Shown here one piece after another: positions 37,061 to 39,659 of a stretch of DNA of 39,659 nucleotides; within the stretch, counting starts at the first letter, position 1, and each line of letters begins with the position of its first letter. The notes beneath the pieces are model-generated. The model saw only the letters and a program-made list of their open reading frames with translations, was not told the DNA's origin and did no database searches. This stretch comes from Octopus sinensis. Taxonomy: Eukaryota. Where the stretch lies: the NCBI RefSeq assembly GCF_006345805.1, contig NW_021835547.1:1-39659 (forward strand). Direction: 5' to 3'. The position numbers and the translations under genes were made by a program.

Positions 37061-37473
37061 GAGATCTTTTCGGTTTGAACAGCAGTTTTTTCATGGCGGT
37101 GTCATATGAAATTGTCACCCATAATTATGACCCTAGTATCGATCTATTGCATTTCAATCTGTTTTAGGGTTAGGGGTGGGTGGAAGGGTATCTTTTTTTC
37201 TTCACAAATGTAAATAAACCCAATCTGTTTCTTAAACGAGGGACATATTCATACGGCACAGAATGTTTTCACCTCAATAGACGTCATTGATTGGTTGAAA
37301 TTGCCGAAATGCAAGAAATTAAAGACCAAATATCTTACAAACTATAGAATTTTCTCAATAAAGCCAAGAGAAAAATATGTTTTATAAACACATTCTACCA
37401 GTATATGAAGTTTAAAATTTTTTAGTTACCTAGAAATTATGTTAAAAACTGCCGTTCAGACCAAAAAGATCCC
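37061..37473. mobile_element. MITE-like non-autonomous DNA transposon with 30-bp terminal inverted repeats
   Basis: Left gagatcttttcggtttgaacagcagttttt versus reverse complement of right end gggatctttttggtctgaacggcagttttt: 26/30 identical. No ORF; no clear TSD, so superfamily unassigned. Confidence 0.75.
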
Positions 37474-37760
37474 ATACTATGTGTATGGGTGTGTGAAAGT
37501 GAGACACTGTTTGTGTGTATACATGCGTATGCATATATGTGTGTGTGTGTGTTTCACTGTGCTTTTGCGCACATGTATAATATAGTGTGTTTGGTGTATG
37601 TTTCTATATGTAATTGCTTGGAATTATGTATTCATGTTCCTGTGTGTGAGAGAAAATTATATGTATGTATGGTAGTATTTATGTATGTGTGTGTGTGTGT
37701 ATGCGTAAGAGAGAAGAGAGCCGTTTGTGATGTCTGCATGTGTATGTGTTTGTGTATGTT

Positions 37761-37779
<19 letters not shown>

Positions 37780-37792
<13 letters not shown>

Positions 37793-37929
37793 ATATATAT
37801 ATATATATCACACATATATATATATATAATACTCAATATACACATAATACACATATATATATATATACACATAATACACATATATATATATATACACATA
37901 ATACACATATATATATATATATACACATA

Positions 37930-37992
<63 letters not shown>

Positions 37993-38210
37993 ACAACCAT
38001 ATATATATATATATAATATATATATATATACATATATATATATACACATAAACCCATATATATATATATATATACACATAACACACATATATATATACAC
38101 ATATATATATATATATACACATAACACCCATATATAATATATAATATATATATACACACCACCACACACACACACACACATATATATGTGTGTGGTGTGT
38201 CTGTGTGTGC

Positions 38211-38264
<54 letters not shown>

Positions 38265-38460
38265 GTGTGTGTGTGTCACTATATAAGAGAGCTATTGTAC
38301 CCTTATGTACGTATGTGAACAAATGCGTCCGTGAGTATGCATGTTAGAAATAGGGAGAGAGATGGGGAGAGCATGTGTGTGTGTATGTGTATGTGTGTGT
38401 GTATGTGCGTGTGTGTGTGTCTGTGTGTGTGTGTGTGACTGTGTATGTGTGTGTATGCGT
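37780..38460. repeat. Compound (AT)n/(GT)n microsatellite with a higher-order CACATAA-anchored unit
   Basis: Direct reading. Confidence 0.93.
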
Positions 38461-38853
38461 ACGCAGGTAAATATATGTGTGAAGCCTAATAATGAAGATG
38501 AAACCATAGAGGAAGTCTCTAAAGAACTTCAAAATACTTCTAAAAGATGATTTCAATGGCCAGACGAAAGAAAAAGGAGAAAAAAGAAAGAACATTAATG
38601 TTATTATTTGCTGCTCCAGCTGAGTCGTTGCATGTGACTTTTCATTACTGAATAGGAAAAAAGTTAATAGAATGGCATAAAATCTCTTGATAACATTCCA
38701 AACCTATTCCTCGTTAGTATACAGCACACATGTCTATCGGCGACTCTGTATTCCAGAACGCTCGTACATATACACAGCCATGTAAAATCCTAGCATGTCA
38801 GTTAAAGAAGGCTATTATTAATGTGCAATTAGCTGTCTAACTCTGTTGCAAAC

Positions 38854-38895
<42 letters not shown>

Positions 38896-39416
38896 GCACT
38901 GCGGCATATGATGGCTGGAAGCGCAATAAATCGATGATCAGAGCAACAAATAAATTCCCAGAGGAAATTATATTCGATTTTTAACCGCTAAATCTAACGC
39001 TGAGTCAGTTGATAGCGGATAAAATTGACAGTTAAAATAACGAATCTAAGTCATAGAACTCTGTCTTTCGGAAACCAATTATTCCGTGAGGCCAATTGTC
39101 CTGCAGAAAGCTCAGAAGCATCTTTATGTTTAGACAAACCGACAAAAAAAAACCACATGAAAAAGAAAACAAAATATGTCGAAATGCATATCTCGCCAAG
39201 AAAGAAGCTTCAGAGATCTTCAATATTTCCGATACAGAAGATGACTACCAGCAAGAATTACAGACAAGTATAAAGGCTCTGGTGCCGTCTATAAATATTG
39301 CCAATATTCAAGACTGTAGAGAACATGGAGAAATACTGACAAATCAAAGCTTCTATGTGCACCATCGACGATTCCCACAACTTAAACTTGAATATATATA
39401 TCTGTGTCAGTGTTAA

Positions 39417-39441
39417 TATATATATATATATTATATATATA

Positions 39442-39480
<39 letters not shown>
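39417..39480. repeat. (AT)n microsatellite
   Basis: Direct reading. Confidence 0.92.
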
Positions 39481-39482
<2 letters not shown>

Positions 39483-39489
39483 CCTTAAA

Positions 39490-39659
39490 TCCTTAAAATG
39501 TTTTAGCCCGAAGGCCGCGGCCATGCTGGGGCACCACCGCTGAATGAGCCACACTAGTTTGTGAATCCACCTCTGATACGTGGCACTTGATCAACAAGGG
39601 AGTTCGATGCTGCTGCCGCATCCGTGTCTCCTGTCGTGAGGTAGGTTCATCTGGGACTC
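39490..39659 (-). mobile_element. 3' end of a retroposon running off the window edge
   Basis: gcggccatgctggggcaccacc matches the 3' motif of family B SINEs; adjacent short tail repeat atccttaaatccttaa. Confidence 0.45.

Noticed and set aside
39096-39416. 106-aa + strand ORF
   Set aside because: No recognisable domain; runs into (AT)n; may be TE-derived but unsupported.

Overview
AT-rich, microsatellite- and transposon-dense eukaryotic DNA. From the SINE families and the (AT)n/(AC)n load it is most likely an octopod cephalopod (inference only). The one recognisable host gene is the 3' part of a + strand cholecystokinin/sulfakinin-receptor-family GPCR: an ICL3-TM6 exon (8245-8569) and a TM7/C-tail exon (13727-13925), joined in frame across a 5157-bp GT-AG intron. 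I found no TM1-TM5 exons in the window. The rest is mostly decayed mobile DNA: at least three tRNA-head SINE families (several copies with 12-19 bp TSDs), R4/Dong-type LINE fragments, Penelope-like remnants with hammerhead-ribozyme motifs, a DD37D (maT) transposase remnant, a Helentron-associated (HINE-like) element and a TIR-bounded MITE. Nearly all Y/I/H/T/C/V-rich ORFs in the track are microsatellite artefacts. The best leads are: an open frame running 159 codons past the receptor's TGA; SINE insertions that recur at a GGTATTT motif present in the SINE's own head; inverted SINEs bracketing the TM6 exon; two core-mutated sense-strand hammerheads; a 72-bp palindrome; and R4 3' ends stacked in (TAA)n. 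No CRISPR array, rRNA or intact tRNA gene was seen. All alignments were by eye; no searches were run.
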